The notes beneath the pieces are model-generated. The model was not told the origin of the DNA. It made no database searches and saw only the letters and a program-made list of their open reading frames with translations. A stretch of DNA of 64,000 nt from Chrysomallon squamiferum (Eukaryota; Animalia; Mollusca), in assembly GCA_012295275.1 (NCBI GenBank), contig CM022676.1:15996001-16060000 (forward strand), in the 5' to 3' direction. Shown here in pieces: positions 27,814-48,439 of this stretch (position 1 is the first letter of the stretch; the number at the start of each line of letters is the position of its first letter). The position numbers and the translations under genes were made by a program.

Positions 27814-28788
27814 TGTAATAATACAGAACACAACCCATTAATTAAATAATTCATCCAAAAGAATACTTTTCTATAAGAGTAGTTCTATGGACATATCGAG
27901 GTAAAGATCGATAGAATTATTCTTCAACTGAAAAGATAAAAATAATAATAATAATAATAATAAAAATAAAAAATAAATTAGGAATTAAATTATATTTGCC
28001 CTAACAAAGATGTGCGTATGATCATTTCACAGGTGTTAGTCTAGTAAAATAAACACTTTCTTGTCTAGTACTGACATTACATGTAGATTTCTCGTATTTG
28101 TACATTTCAAATTACTGATCGACTAGAAATAGTGAATATTCCTACTGCTTCTACAACAACTACAACAGCCTCTGTTACTACTTCTATTAATATTTATGCT
28201 ACTACTACTTGTATAACTCCTACACTTACTATAGCTTCTTACACAATTCCGAGAGCCAAATATTACTACTTCTACATCTATTATTATTATCGTTGTTATT
28301 GTTATTATTATTAAAAAAAAAAAAAGAAGAGAAATGAGATACATGATGCAATTATTTTTTAGCTGCTGCAAAATTGTTAGTATTATTACAATTACTGTCG
28401 CAGATATTGTAACTATAACAAGTACCACTACCTCATCAACTACTACTTCTATCGCTACTGCAATATATTCAACTGCTACAACACTGCACATTTTGTTCTA
28501 CCATTTCCCTTAATACTACTGCTACTTCTGAAGATGCAAATGCTATTACAGTTCTCAATAATTATTTCTATTACTACTTTTATTTATTTTTTTGTTGTAT
28601 TTTATTTTATATTATTTCCTTGTACATTTTCTTAAATTAAATAATAGAATTCCTAGTGGTTTTGAACAAAATAACAGTGATAACTTTTTGAATTTGTATT
28701 TTATTACTAAATTTTAAACAAGATTTGTATAGATACTAAAAAAATTTTCTTATTTAATATTCAGTTTGAGAGAATTTTTAGTAAACTG

Positions 28789-29991
28789 TCACGTAAACCC
28801 AGCAAACATTTGAAAATTGTAGTTGGAGTTTATCAGATCAGTTAGCAGTTTGTTTTCACAGTTTGCCCACATCGGGGGTCGAACCGCCGACCAGCTGGTC
28901 CTTCCAGAATTTCTACAGTTAGTATTCCACCTATTCTGTGAACCGTGAACTATTTCTTGTTTTCCTTTCACAGTCGATAAATCTGGAATAAGTTCAGATG
29001 GACTACAGTGGACTGAGTCAACGGGATAAACGTATTCTTCACTAACATTTAATGTAATAGGATAGAATTTTCTTTCGGAGGTAGAATTCAAATGTTTTGG
29101 TCCTGTTTTACCAATAATACACTTGTCCGAGTGCAATGTACAAACAGCCGGTTCTAAATTTATACTTGAAGTATCAGAAGAAAGGGAACTGCTAAAAGTA
29201 AATTAATGAAATCCGCTAGAAAAAGATGACAAACTAGAATGTCGTCTTACGTTTTCTAGTTTAGTTCTGTCAGTTGTATCTGCAGTACTGGTTCGCTGTG
29301 AACTGCGGTTAGATTTACGCACAAAAAAATATATCAGATTTAGTAACAGCAGCGATAGATAACTCTAATAAACTAACTCTTAAATTCGTTGTGAAAAGTT
29401 ACTACGTTTTTACGGAGAGTAAATATCATTGACTTTTGGGATTTTTTTTGCATCTTGTCTGAAAGACTTTCTCAGTGATCGTTTCTTACACAAGGCGGCG
29501 TTGTTGTATTGAGGTTTTCTAGAGCTATAGCTTCCGCTTTCTTTCGAAGTTCCAGACACGAGAAATTTTGACAACTCCCCGGCTCCACTGAGATCAAACT
29601 CGTACCACGGTTCATCGTAATCGTCATCACTGAGACACGGAGTTCTCTCCCTTATCGACACTGTAGGAATGTTCAGCCGTCCATCTTGACTTCCTTGTAT
29701 TTGTGCTGACTCTTTTATATTTGTACATTTTTCTTCAAGTGGACGTTTGTTTTTAAATATTTTGCTTTGCCTTTTTTCCAAATTTTTGCCTATACCCAAA
29801 TTTTCTTTATTTGCATTGGGTGGCAAATCTTCGTCTGCAACGTCATCGGTTACGTCATAGATATGATAAGGATCTTCTTCGAGGATGCTAGGAATTAGAT
29901 CAACGGTCTTGAAAGTCCTTTTGATTTCGATTTTTAAAAAATATTTGTTTCCATTCTTCATCCATCGCCAGATTCTTTTCCGGTATTTCTG
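28789..29991 (-). pseudogene. Large terminal exon of an unidentified convergent gene; ~390-codon frame with four stops
   Basis: ORFs 29410-29961 and 28789-29136 share one frame; stops at 29410, 29380, 29365, 29203; acceptor ttttcag(cag) at about 29992; GC clearly above flanks. Confidence 0.6.
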
Positions 29992-30472
29992 CTGAAAAGA
30001 AGAAAATGCAATGTATACAATATTTTTAAATGTTAATTAATGAAAGTAATAAAAACGACAACAACACCTGTAAAAAACAAAACAAAAAAACCTCACTAAT
30101 AATAATTAGAAGAAGAAGAAATCAGACTTAATACACTTTAGTATTATGATATAGTGTCAAATAATAATAATAAAATTAATAATAATAACAAGATAAAATA
30201 CTTTTGGAAACTGAGTACGAAACATTTACTCATGGAAACCCGCTAATGATTATAGATGTACATGGAACCAAATAAACTATAAAATATACACAATCTGTTA
30301 CTTCCTAGTTAAATATTAAATACATTTTCTTCTTCTCGTGTATTTTAAGAAGAAGGATGTTCAAATAAGTTCTCTTTTTCGAATTTTACTGAAAAATGTT
30401 GGATTTTTTGTTGTCTGTCCTTTTTTTACTTTATGATTTGATTATTATTAGTATTATTATTAGTATTAGTAT

Positions 30473-30549
<77 letters not shown>

Positions 30550-30940
30550 TTGTTAGTTTTATATGAATTGAGGATTATTTTAGAAACAGTAGTGAAAAGC
30601 TAAGCATCACGTTTTGGCTTGTAGCAGTTAATTAGAAAACAATCAGTTGTTTGCATTCGTATCAAGTGATTTCAATGTCTACTGCGTATTAAACTAGTAC
30701 TGAGATGACTAAAGTCTGACTTGTGTAAACTGAAAATACTTTTATCGACTAACCCAGCGTGTTTCAGTTTGTTTTTTATGGTTGTTTCTTTGTTTCTCTG
30801 TTTGTAGTAGGCTAAAATTATTTATATATTCCAAAATATTCATGATATGGGAATGAAGTGGGAAAAGTAACTATTTAATTTTCTTAAACATCATCTAGCA
30901 TTATCATTAACATCAAATCCTTCTCAGTGTCGCTCTTCGT

Positions 30941-31011
30941 TTCTTCTTCTTCTTCTTCTTCTTCTTCTTCTTCTTCTTCTTCTTCTTCTTCTTCTTCTTC
31001 TTCTTCTTCTT

Positions 31012-31070
<59 letters not shown>

Positions 31071-31120
31071 CATTATTATTATTATTATTATTACTATTAT
31101 TATTCTTATTATTATTATTA
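30941..31120. repeat. (CTT)n(ATT)n compound microsatellite; similar at 32232-32378
   Basis: Direct reading. Confidence 0.95.
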
Positions 31121-31379
31121 ATAATACAAGTACTGTTGATGTATATTAAAAGTTGAAAAAGGAGAGAGCGAGGCAGAGGTTTATACAGAATCTTACCTTT
31201 TCATTATGTAAGAAAAAACTAAATCATTTTCACATACCTCAAATTACAAGAATAAATTATGAAAATTCGTACAATATTTCAGGTGGAGTCAAAAATAAGT
31301 TCATTCAATATTGTTTGTCATACATTGTCATTAAAACTTAAGTCGTGTTATTTAACAATCCACCAATCAGAGTCAACTT

Positions 31380-31560
31380 TACTTACACCCCGGTAATCAC
31401 TGCTACAATAATATTATGTAATCTTCATATATTTACACTTAAATATCGTCGCCGCCATTTGTTTTTTTCTACGTTTACAAATGCCGGCGAACATGAAAGG
31501 TGATTTCGGTGAAGGTCAAAGACAACGAGTGAGATTAAACGATGTGACGTGGCTAGTTAA
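31380..31560 (-). promoter_or_regulatory. Probable promoter and first exon of the minus-strand gene
   Basis: YY1-like GCCGCCATTT at 31451-31460, TGACGTGG at 31545-31552, local CpG enrichment, minus-strand GTAAGT donor at 31381-31386 and GTAAGA at about 31191-31196. Confidence 0.5.
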
Positions 31561-31935
31561 TTGACACGTTTTTGTAAGAGTTTAGTTATTCTGGCTTTGT
31601 GTTTTTCAAATTCTCACAGTTTTTACAATCTTAAAACGAGGCCAGCAGAAATGATATATTTTCTGTCACCTTTTTACTTCTATTTTCTTAAACGAAAACG
31701 TTATTCTCAAAAAATAATACTAATAAAATACTACTACTACTATACTACTATTACTACTACTACTAATAATAATAACGGCTAGAAGGAGAGGAAGAAAGAG
31801 AAGAAGAAGATTTTCTTTATTTAATGACAGCACAAAACCAAAACTATCGTTCAAAGGAAAATAAGAATATTATTTAATCTACGTCAGTTCAAGGAGCTTA
31901 CTTATGATGTATCATCTTCTCCATTGCTTCTTTTT

Positions 31936-32010
31936 TATATATATATAAATAAATAAATAAATAAATATATATATATATATATAAATAAATAAATATATAT
32001 ATATATACAC

Positions 32011-32087
<77 letters not shown>
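31936..32087. repeat. (AT)n tract; similar at 46388-46476
   Basis: Direct reading. Confidence 0.95.
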
Positions 32088-32096
<9 letters not shown>

Positions 32097-32263
32097 GCAG
32101 CAGTGAACCCATGTTTTTTTAAAGAGAAATTTTAAAAGAAATTTAAAAAAAAGAAGAAAGAAAAGCATGATTAAGTGAACCCACGTCTAACTTGTTTCTT
32201 TGGTTTCATTGTTCAGCTAATTTTATTTTATTTCTTCTTCTTCTTCTTCTTCTTCTTCTTCTT

Positions 32264-32331
<68 letters not shown>

Positions 32332-32619
32332 TATTATTATCATTATTATTATTATTGTTAGTAGTAGTAGTAGTAGTATTTATCTATTTTTTTATTTATA
32401 TACTGTATTTCATTTTGACGACAAAAAATAAAAATCTAAATAAGTATGTTGGTCTGCTTTATGTTCGGTGCATAATAATAAAGTCACTTTTTAAAACATT
32501 CTTGTTCAGGGCTCTAGTGCCACATCATCATTATAATTTATTGTCCTCAAGACGATAACAAGGCAGATAATTAATGCATGTGTTTGCAAAAAAGTATCAA
32601 AGTCATGCGTTGTTTTCAC

Positions 32620-32855
32620 TAAACATAGTTTAATCAGAAGTAAATGCATACAGGTAATTATAATTTTACAAAACATAGTTTAATCAGAATTTTACTAGAC
32701 ATAGATCAGAATTTGACTAAACTGTCTAAATACAATTTCAATGTACAAAACCTCAAAGTCATACAGTTTTTACAAGACACAATTTAATCAGGGGTTTTCT
32801 AGACAATTAATCACAATTTTACTGAACACATATTAATTAGAAATTTACTAGACTG
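32620..32855. repeat. Degenerate minisatellite, motif resembling ACATAGTTTAATCAGAATTTTACTAG
   Basis: AAACATAGTTTAATCAGAA repeated at 32621 and 32671, followed by degenerate copies. Confidence 0.55.
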
Positions 32856-33006
32856 TAATTGAAGAAAAAAATACAATACAAGCATACACTGCATATTACA
32901 TTGTGTTGAAATTAAACGTAATACAAGTCTCAATCCACATTTAAAACAAATGTGTCTAATGACGTTCTGAGAGGAACAGCAATATATATATTATGTGTAT
33001 GTATAA

Positions 33007-33206
33007 NNNNNNNNNNNNNNNNNNNNNNNNNNNNNNNNNNNNNNNNNNNNNNNNNNNNNNNNNNNNNNNNNNNNNNNNNNNNNNNNNNNNNNNNNNNNNN
33101 NNNNNNNNNNNNNNNNNNNNNNNNNNNNNNNNNNNNNNNNNNNNNNNNNNNNNNNNNNNNNNNNNNNNNNNNNNNNNNNNNNNNNNNNNNNNNNNNNNNN
33201 NNNNNN
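33007..33206. other. Assembly gap (200 N)
   Basis: Run of N. Confidence 1.
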
Positions 33207-33564
33207 TTTTATTTCTATAATGTGCTCTACATGACTGCCATTATGTTGAAAACACATTTCAGTGCGTGTCCTCGACTGCTGAAGAACAAGTTCAAGCTCA
33301 GCTGGAGTTACGCTTGTAATGGTGATAGATTGCTTGAGATGATTTATGTTTTGTATTTTTCTTCATACACCATGGTCTTCAAATGCCCCCACAGGTAAGA
33401 ATGAAACGGAGTGAGGTCTGGGATTGTGGAAAGCCATTCCACTGGACCACGCCGACCAATTCGCGCACCTGGAGATTCCCGATCTAACCACTGACGTACG
33501 TGAATACCAAATTAATCACTACAATGTTAAAAACTATGTGTATGCAAACGTAGGGGACACCCTG
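33207..33564 (-). mobile_element. Same Tc1/mariner remnant in copy 2, truncated by the gap
   Basis: Reverse complement of 18343-18701; GGGACACCCTG|TA end. Confidence 0.8.
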
Positions 33565-34228
33565 TATATAATCCGGGTATTTGTTGTTTACTTATTCGTA
33601 GGCTCAGCTATTTAAACACTTCACGATTAATTAATATAGGAAATATCCTTTACTCAGTGATCACAGGGACTATACAAATATGTTGATCTATATTAAAACT
33701 AATTCACTGTTTCTTCCTAGATGATTATATCATTGATTATGTACTAACAATTGATAATAAAATAATAATAATAGAAATAATAATAATAATAATAATAATG
33801 AGAAGAGAAAACAGAAAGAAGGACAAGACCTGGAAGATAGACAACAACAAAAACAAAAAACAAAAAATAAGAAAGATAAGATATTTAGAAGAAAAACTGA
33901 ATTGAGACGTATATTAACACATTTGTTGGTTTTAAATTTGAATAGGTTTCAGTACTTTAGCAATAAATTGTCCTCAAGATTTTCGTATTTCGCAAACAAT
34001 TTTAGGTCCTTTTTTAAAATGAAACAGAACACAGCGTGAAGAAAATATAGTGGAATAAATAAACAGGGTGTTACATTTACTACAAATATTCATAACAAAC
34101 CAAACATTGAAGAATTTCTAACAGTTTTCATATTGCGTCATGTCATTCAAATTCTACATGTTTACCTTTATATACTGATAGAAGGAAAAACAAACACAAC
34201 AAAAAAATTTGATTTCTGTGCTGCGAAC

Positions 34229-34503
34229 CTTCACAGAGTATCCCAACATCGTCATAGTGACTACAGTTATTGTTTCTCCAACCAGGAAAAACACACTGTT
34301 CAACAGATCTTTCACTTCCTGTACACTCAAGATTATTTAACCATATTGGACCAGAACCTTCTCCAAAGTATGGGAAATTGCCAGAAAATATCGTAGCTCC
34401 CTCACTGAAATATAATTCAAAGAAAAGAAAGCCAACATTTTAAATGTATTTATTCAATCGTTTTATCAAAATTACCTTTAGAGCTAAGTATAATAGAATG
34501 AGT

Positions 34504-34582
<79 letters not shown>

Positions 34583-35697
34583 ATAGTAGTAGTACTTGCA
34601 ATAGTAGTACCATTACTGACTGTATTACTAATAGAGATAGTTGTCGTGGTCCTCGTAAAGTTAAACTAGCAGTAGTAATAGTTAGAATAGTAATAGTAGC
34701 ATTAGTTACGAACACTTTGGTAAAAAGGAATATAACAGAAAATATCTACTTTTACCGACTAAATCCCATCATAGAACACAGAACACCAGCGTCTCTTGTG
34801 TCAAAACCATATTTACAAATTGTTCCCCACGTCTCGTTTACTTGAATCTCAACTCGTCCTTGGGTTGGTATTCCTCTTCCATTCACTAACCTCACTGGTA
34901 CTGAAATAATGATAGGTTCATATGCTTCTAGTGAGTTAGAGTAGTATAATTTGTTTAGAAGAAAAAAAATGTATATAAATATATCCTCTTATTTTGTATT
35001 GTAAAAAAAAATAAAAAAAAATAAAAATAAAGACATGATTTGATAATAAAAGTAAAGTTATAGAAAATGTTGTTATATTTCTAACACTAATTTGATCCCA
35101 GTTATTTTCATAAACTCGGAACAAAATAATAACAATAATCATAAAAATCTTTTATCATGACAGTCGTGTTCACAGTTTAGTTTGTAATATTGATACAGAC
35201 GTGACTATGACATTTAGTGATCTATGACTATCAACCCCTGTTTATGTGAGTGTGTGAGAGAAATCACACACTTAGCATTGTGATATTCTGATACGAACCA
35301 TCGTTTCGTCAGACATGTAAAATACATCAATTATAATAACAAACATGACGACCTAAGTATCACAATTCTTCAGACATATCCTATATTGATCACTTTTAGT
35401 CTGTTCACCAAATCTTTTGTTATCAGTAATTTTAACAATTCTATATAACTCTAGTTACAGCCATCGAAACAGCCGATTCCCACGTCTTGATTATGACTAC
35501 AACTGTTGTCACCCCAAGCAGAGAATGAACAATAGTCTACACTTTCTTCATCTCCCTTACAGTCGAGTCCATCAAGCCAGATAGGTCCACTGCCTTGTCC
35601 AAACTGAGATGATGGATAGATGCTTGCTCCAAAACTGAAAGAACAACAACAATAATATACTACTTCTACTACTACTGTTACTACTACCACTACTACA

Positions 35698-35749
<52 letters not shown>

Positions 35750-37397
35750 ATAATAATAATAATAATAATAAGCGACATGCTGTCAGTGTCTAATGTTACT
35801 GGTATCATGTCTAAGGGTACATAACACTATGACAAGGTTTATATATACGCCCTTAATGATACCGATTGTAAACTTTCAATTCCTTTTCCGTACCCTCTGT
35901 GTTCATTTATTAGAATATATCGGCTGCTAAAGATAATTGTTTTTCTACTGATTATAATTACTAACGTGTATGTATCGTAGTTTTATTTTTTATTCTATTT
36001 CATATATGGATATTAGATTATGTAAAGATCATAGACATATACAAATTAGCACTCTAATGAAATGCATTTAGTTTTTATAGGTAGAAGAAAAGTAACTAAA
36101 AGACTACGTTATTTGCCTTATATTAATAATACTAATAATAAGATTAATACTAATATTAATACTAATACTACTAATACTAATACTAATAATAATAATATGG
36201 ATCAAAGAAATGTGGAGCAAAAATAGAATTGTAAAACGTATTATATGGAAGTGATTTTTGCTAAACATAAAGTAATGAAGAAACGAAAGCAATAGACATA
36301 TTATTTTAAGTAAGTTGATGTGTTCTCTAAATATAATCAGCAGAAATAAAAATATTTGAAACGATTATTTGTCTATTGTACAATACTCAATACTAAGTAA
36401 GTTGAATCATATATCTCTTTATCAAGAAATTATATAATTTCGAGTTACAAAAAAGCAATTTGAGTAAACTAGATTTAGGAACCAGAAAAGAGATCAATAT
36501 TGGTTTTATTTATAATCTTACAATATTATTTCTGTATGAGTATAATTAGCATTTAGGACGACATCACTGCAATGTCTTGATAGTTCTTATAAATTACAAA
36601 ATTAGAATAGATAATCAATTGAAATTTGATTTAAGATTCAGGATTTGTTCAATATCTGTGTACATTCTTGTGTATGAAAATCTATGATAACTTGAACTAC
36701 AATGAAATAATTTAGACAGTTTTCTGATATTCCATATAAATAGAAAGTTTTACAAAATACAGTAACGTTCATTTACCGATTAAACCCCAGCATGTAACAG
36801 ATGACAGAAGCATCTCTATCGTCAAATTCATTATCACAGACAGTTCCCCATGTCCCGTTGTTTTCTACTTCAAGTCTGCCTCGTGTTGCAATTCCTCCTC
36901 CATTCACCAGTCGAACAGAAACTGAAGTAAATTCAAGGAATGATTAAACGATAATTTGTAAATATCTTCAAAAAACAAAATGTCACTGTTGAGTACATTT
37001 CAAAGCTGTTTTTCCGCAAGCGTAACCACATAGAAACATCTGCATTATATAAATTCATACACAGAGAAAATATATTATTATTGTTATTATTATCAGAAAT
37101 ATAAATAGTCTAGTCTTTATTTAATGTAAAACACGATTATCTATGAAGTAACTATATTACCAAAATTTCAACTGCTGGCAAAGTCGCGACATAATTGTCG
37201 TTACACACACTGACACCCAAAATTTTTGAAAACAGCAACATTCAAACGCATTCCCAGAGAGGTGAGAGAGAAAATTAGAGAGAGAGATGAGAGAGAGAGA
37301 GATGAGAGAGAGACAGTCAGAGACTTCAGTCCTTTCAGAGAGAGGCATTTATAAATAGAGAGAGACAGAGAGACAGAAATCAAATTTTATTTCTAAT

Positions 37398-37473
<76 letters not shown>

Positions 37474-40131
37474 TAAGGTATCATCAGTGTCAGAAGAAAA
37501 AGCTAATGTTTTAACAGACAAACAGTCTATTCGGCTCTGTTTTAAACCCTTCATATTAATTTCAAATCCTCAAAGATTACAAACATATATATATAAGAAA
37601 TAAACAAAAACAAAAAAACGAAGAAAAAACTATTATCATTAAATAAAATACAAAATATTCTTTGTAGGCAGCTAACAGTATGTACCCGTAATAAATATGT
37701 GGAAACAAGCTTAACCGACATTATACAATAAAACATGTTTTGTTTTTCACTAAAGTGAACTTTAAAATGACCATATATGTTGTAAAATGGGGATAAAAAA
37801 TATTATGAAAAACAACGTACTGTGTGGGAAACAGCTAATTCCCAAATCCTGTTTATGACTGCAGTTTGTTTTACCCCAGTCATAGAAAGAACAGTGATTC
37901 AGTCCATTTTCATCTTCAACACAGTTAACATCATCAACCCACACTGGTCCTGTTCCTTCTCCAAAGTGAGCATTCTTATACGACTTTGCGTTGAATCTAG
38001 GATTTGCAAAAAAACAAACTGAGTTGTATGATCTTCATTAGTAGAAATATTGATCAAGCTGTACTACGAGATAATTCAGATTTTACTTTACATTGTATAA
38101 CAAATATAAATGTGCTCCTTAACTGAAGGTAAGACTATCTTACGGACTGAATTCTAAAAATGTACAGAGAAAGCCTGCGTCTTTGTCGTCAAATTTGTCA
38201 CCACAGACAGTTCCCCATGTATCGTTAAGTTTGATCTCAACTCGACCCTGTGTTAGATTACCTCCACCATTGACTAGTCTGATAGACACTGAAATTGAGG
38301 ATAAAATATTTCATTCCGGTGTTTCCATAATCATTACATACAAATTTCACAGCAATTTCTTAATATTCTTGCTGACAAATTACATATATTAAATCGTTCG
38401 TGAATCTCTTTGCAATTTCAGATTACTTGAAACGTGTCGGTAGTGAAATTATTTCTCGATTTCCTGATGTTATTTTATTTTATATTTTCTTCAATTATTA
38501 ATACTATTAGGAGGCAATAATCAAAGATGCCGACTCAAAACCTATGAATCCTGACATCTGTAAATGATAAACAGGTCAGTCCAGTTCAGTTGCTAAAATT
38601 ACCACTGTTTAGAATAAATTGACTGAATTCCGTATGTCACTGCATGTCCTTTTTAACGATCAGCTTGAAATTGTTACAGTATATTCTGCTATTACAGAGG
38701 CCATTTTTTCTAGCGATCAAACATATAACATCAAATTTGCAAATGTAATCTTTTCGACAGTAAGAATGATGAGCAAGTAAGTGAAATAAAATCAAATAAA
38801 ATAAAATGACACGTGTAAACTGACATTGACAGCTGATACCAACATCCTCCCTGTGACTACAGTCGTGTTTCCCCCAGCCAGGAAATGAACACTTTTCAAC
38901 ACTGTCTTCATCTCCATCACATCTCAGATCATCAAGCCATATTTGTCCCGTCCCTTGTCCAAAGTGAGCTCTTTGATATGGTGTAGAATTAAAACTAAAA
39001 GAAAAAGGAAAAAATATTTAATAAAATAATGTTTTGATGCTAAAAGGGTAGAGTAAATACTGCTAGGGTTATTGTCATTGTATTGTTATTATTATTATTG
39101 TTATTATTATTAGTAGTAGTAGTAGTAGTCAAAAACAACGTGAAATATACACCACCACTAACTTTGATTATGTGTAAAATTATTTCTACGAATAATAGTT
39201 TTGCTTAACAATAAGTAATACATAAGAAAGAAATAAGTAAGTAAGCATATAAATAAAACAATTACCGACTAAATCCTAATGTGACATAAAACAGAAGCCA
39301 CATTTGCGTCAAAATAATCATCACAAATTGTTCCCCACGTCCCGTTTACCTGAACCTCAACTCTACCTTGTGTTGGTTTTCCTCTTCCATTTACTAACCG
39401 TACTCGTACTGAAATAACAACATGCAAAATATGATCAACATATGATCAGTGATTTAGAATAGTATAATTTCTTCGAAAGATAAGAACAAAAGAAAAGAAA
39501 TGCCAATAAAACATATTTAAATGTTCTGTTGTAAAGAACGTAATTCTGTAATAAAATTAAAGTGACATGAGATTGTTTTATATGTCTAGTGTTGTTATAA
39601 ATGTCAGTAATTAGTATTTTTAGCATTATTTTCATCACAGCTATTTTAATATTATTAAAACTATTACTCTGTTTTCACCATCACCTTTTTTTCTACCAAC
39701 CTATTACTTCTACACGTATTCTTGTTTTACTATAACTGTTATTGTGCTGTTTTTGCTCCTTGTGCTATTAGAGCTACTGGTGTAATTACTAGTTCTAGTA
39801 TATATATTACTGTTGCTAGTTTTACTATAACTGCTACTGTGCTGCTTTTGCTCCTTGTGCTAGTAGAATTACTAGTGTAATTACTAGTTCTAGTATAATT
39901 TTTACTGTTGCTAGTTTTACAATTATTGCTATTACGACTATTATATTTCCTTATTCTATTACTATTACAACAACCACAGCTACTGGCACTAATACTAAAT
40001 TATAATTTTCAAACAATACTCTTAAGAAAAACAAATATATGAAATTAGTTTAGATTTAACTTACCAGTACTCGAGTGTGGAATGAAAATATTTATATAAA
40101 GAAAACAGAAAAGTGAAATTGCTGTCCGCAT
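34229..40131 (-). pseudogene. Inverted copy 2: signal exon plus SRCR1-4, cut off by the gap
   Basis: Exons 40131-40065, 39408-39266 (143 nt; 2-nt deletion leading to TAG), 38994-38825, 38288-38144, 37996-37821, 36921-36777, 35634-35459, 34900-34756, 34404-34229; introns also match copy 1. Confidence 0.88.
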
Positions 40132-40261
40132 TCCTGAGTGATTCTAGTGCATTATCTGAAATAATAATACTAATAATAATAATGATGATGATGATGATAA
40201 TAATAACAATAATAATACTAATACTAATACTACTACTACTACTAATAATAATAATAGTAAC

Positions 40262-40302
<41 letters not shown>

Positions 40303-41588
40303 CAACGTCAATGGTAATAGTAATAACACTAACTGTTCATGAAATCCAAGCAGTCAGAAAAAATATGACATATTTTAATTCTAACTTCAAATTGTTTTCG
40401 CTCTCTCCAGTCTTTTTTCTTCCTATTAGAGCAGCCAATGAAATGTGTGTAAAACTCCCTAGAAGAAGGAAGTCAGTCTTGTTAAGTATTTCAACAAGCT
40501 GCATTGTTTTAAAAAGGACATATGTTACTATTGTTCATACAATATAAAAAAAAAAAATGGAAACATAAAATAAAGTTGTAACTTCTCAGTAATATTACTA
40601 TATCTATAGTTGTGAGAAAAAATAAATGATATATCATTACTTTTTTTTTTTCATTTTTAACGTTAATCCCGGAGATCTATGAAACTGTATTTCTTCAAAT
40701 ATATTAATTTTCATTACACAAATAGAGATAATTTTATTGAATTAATAATTTGTATATGTATTTTACATTGAGGTTGTGCAGTCTCTATTAATAATATAGG
40801 GAAATTCAAAGTCAAGTAAAACCCGTATTAATAATAATAATAAATAAATAAATAAGCTTCGTCTAAAGTGAATATTAATGTTTAACATGCGTAGTACACT
40901 TTTGTTATGTGAAAATAAGTGATGACGAACTCTTCAAGGTATTTTTGAACTCACTTCGACATATACTACATTCCTAACAAATCATACAATAGTAGATCAT
41001 TTAGTACAAATTCCATTATTCAGTCTCCTTTTCGGTTCGATACAGTTTGTTTTATACAGTCCAGTACGAATTCAAACAGGTTCTAAAAAAAACTATCCAA
41101 CTAAAATTCAACGTTCACATTACAAACTTGTAACTTCTGTAAGTATTATTGTTCATTGTAATTCGTTATCCATCCAGTTTCTCTCCATGTTTCCTTCAGA
41201 TACTCTCATTGTAAAGTGTTTGGAGTTTCATTGTTACGAGGATAGTAGCAAGTCATCCTTATTACTAAAGTAGGTTAGACTTTACTAGAACTTAAATAGT
41301 AACTAAATTCCGAAGAAAACTGGAACTTGTTAAATAAAAACGTTAATATTTGAGATTTTCTCAAATGTATTTCATAAATTAATTTCACTCTGATTAGTTT
41401 ATTAGGTCGATATTAGACTGTGTTCTCCTGCGACAGTGCGTTCCCGAATATTGTCAATGTGCAAAGTCTAATCAGATGTATTTATGACAGAGAATATTCA
41501 AATCCTGAACTACATACACACATAGATTTACTCATACATACAAACAAAAACATAAATAGAAAGCGAACTCCTACCCTGATATTCAGAT

Positions 41589-47053
<5,465 letters not shown>

Positions 47054-48214
47054 GTAAGTAGTAATGTATAGAAGTTAACATTTAGTGAACAGACAGTTCA
47101 GTGTGACAAACTAAATCAGCTTCGAATTTTTTCCACTCCAGTTGCTTCTATTTTTCTTTTCTTTCTGCTGTTTTCTCCGACGTCCGCGGACATTTTCTAT
47201 GTTTTCGGTTTGCACGTTGAGATTAGATTTGAAGTTCTGGCTTGGAAAGTGTGTGTGTGGCATGGTGTGTGCGTGTGTGCGTGCGTGTGTAGTCAGTCTC
47301 GCAATCACATCTATAAATGCACACACACGCATATAGATACATATTTGCTGTTTGTGATATGATTATGTGCGGGTAAGTTTCTGAGTATTTACAGGTGCCA
47401 TTGCCAGACTGATATATTCACATACATATATAGATTATATAAAAACGATTGGCATACATATGTGTGTGGTTGTGTCTATGTATGTATATATAAATTCAAT
47501 AATATTAATGTTTAAATTTCATTTGTATAAATTAGTGTTTTAATACAATATCTATAGTTAATATATATAAACGAAATATGTCTAATTAAACACACAGTTC
47601 CAAAGATAAATATGAGTGAAAACTAAGTCTATGAAGGATCAAGGTACGATGTTACTATTCATTGAAACTGAATTGCGGCTACTTCACTAATGTGTCGTTT
47701 CACTGAACTTTGAATTTCTTGTAGACACACACAATAATTAACTGTTAATGGGTTGTGTCTCTGAAATCACAGATATACTGATCAAAGACACACTGACTAA
47801 ATACCGGAATTCACTATGATTTTGTCAGTTTAAAACATATCGAATTTTATATAGAATTGTTACAGCCATTTTTTGTTTTATCGTTGTATAAATTTACAGG
47901 TCAAGAACACTCCATAACATACATTTACGTCTCTATAGATTATATATATATGTCCTTTACTGCAGTCGGTTATGCACACCTGCGTATGTTTCTGCTACAT
48001 TTTAGATTACTATTAGATTCTCCAAAGCATTTTTATTTATTGTCCGCTATTTTTATTGAGTTTTGAATCCTTCATTTGTTTTGTATTCGAGGTCGAATCT
48101 GAATAAAAATTATATGAATGCAACATTTCAAGTCTTTTGTTTGTGCTAGTTCTACGAAACTTACCTCGTATTGTGAAAGAAGAAGCATTTACTATCAACC
48201 ACAAGCTTATAGAT

Positions 48215-48439
48215 CTTTTATCTCTCTTTCTGAAAGCAACAACATTTATATTGGATATTAAAAATGACATTACGCGACAGAAATTTTGTTTTGTCTACTT
48301 TATGTGTAGCTTGTGAATGGTGTATCGCGAACGTTGGTCACACACTACAAATAAAATATACAAAACAAAAATTATGTCGTGTAATGTCATTTATAATATC
48401 CAATATAAACGTCTTTGCTTCCAGAAATCGGGAGAAAAG
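48215..48439. repeat. Imperfect inverted repeat, ~100-bp arms with 21-nt loop (duplicate about 55199-55423)
   Basis: 48215-48316 is reverse-complementary to 48338-48439. Confidence 0.85.

Larger units (their letters stand above)
33207..41578 (-). repeat. Inverted duplicate of 9812-18701
   Basis: Colinear reverse-complement match over exons, introns and microsatellite positions. Confidence 0.95.

Noticed and set aside
32620-32855. CRISPR-like repeat-spacer array
   Set aside because: Degenerate, irregular units in eukaryotic context; no cas genes
32952-33398. ORFs spanning N runs (also 53893-54257)
   Set aside because: Open only because of the assembly gaps
28789-40131. Minus-strand Tyr-rich exon as the cytoplasmic tail of SRCR copy 2
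   Set aside because: Separated by a gap and by its own promoter-like region at about 31.45 kb; no TM exon between
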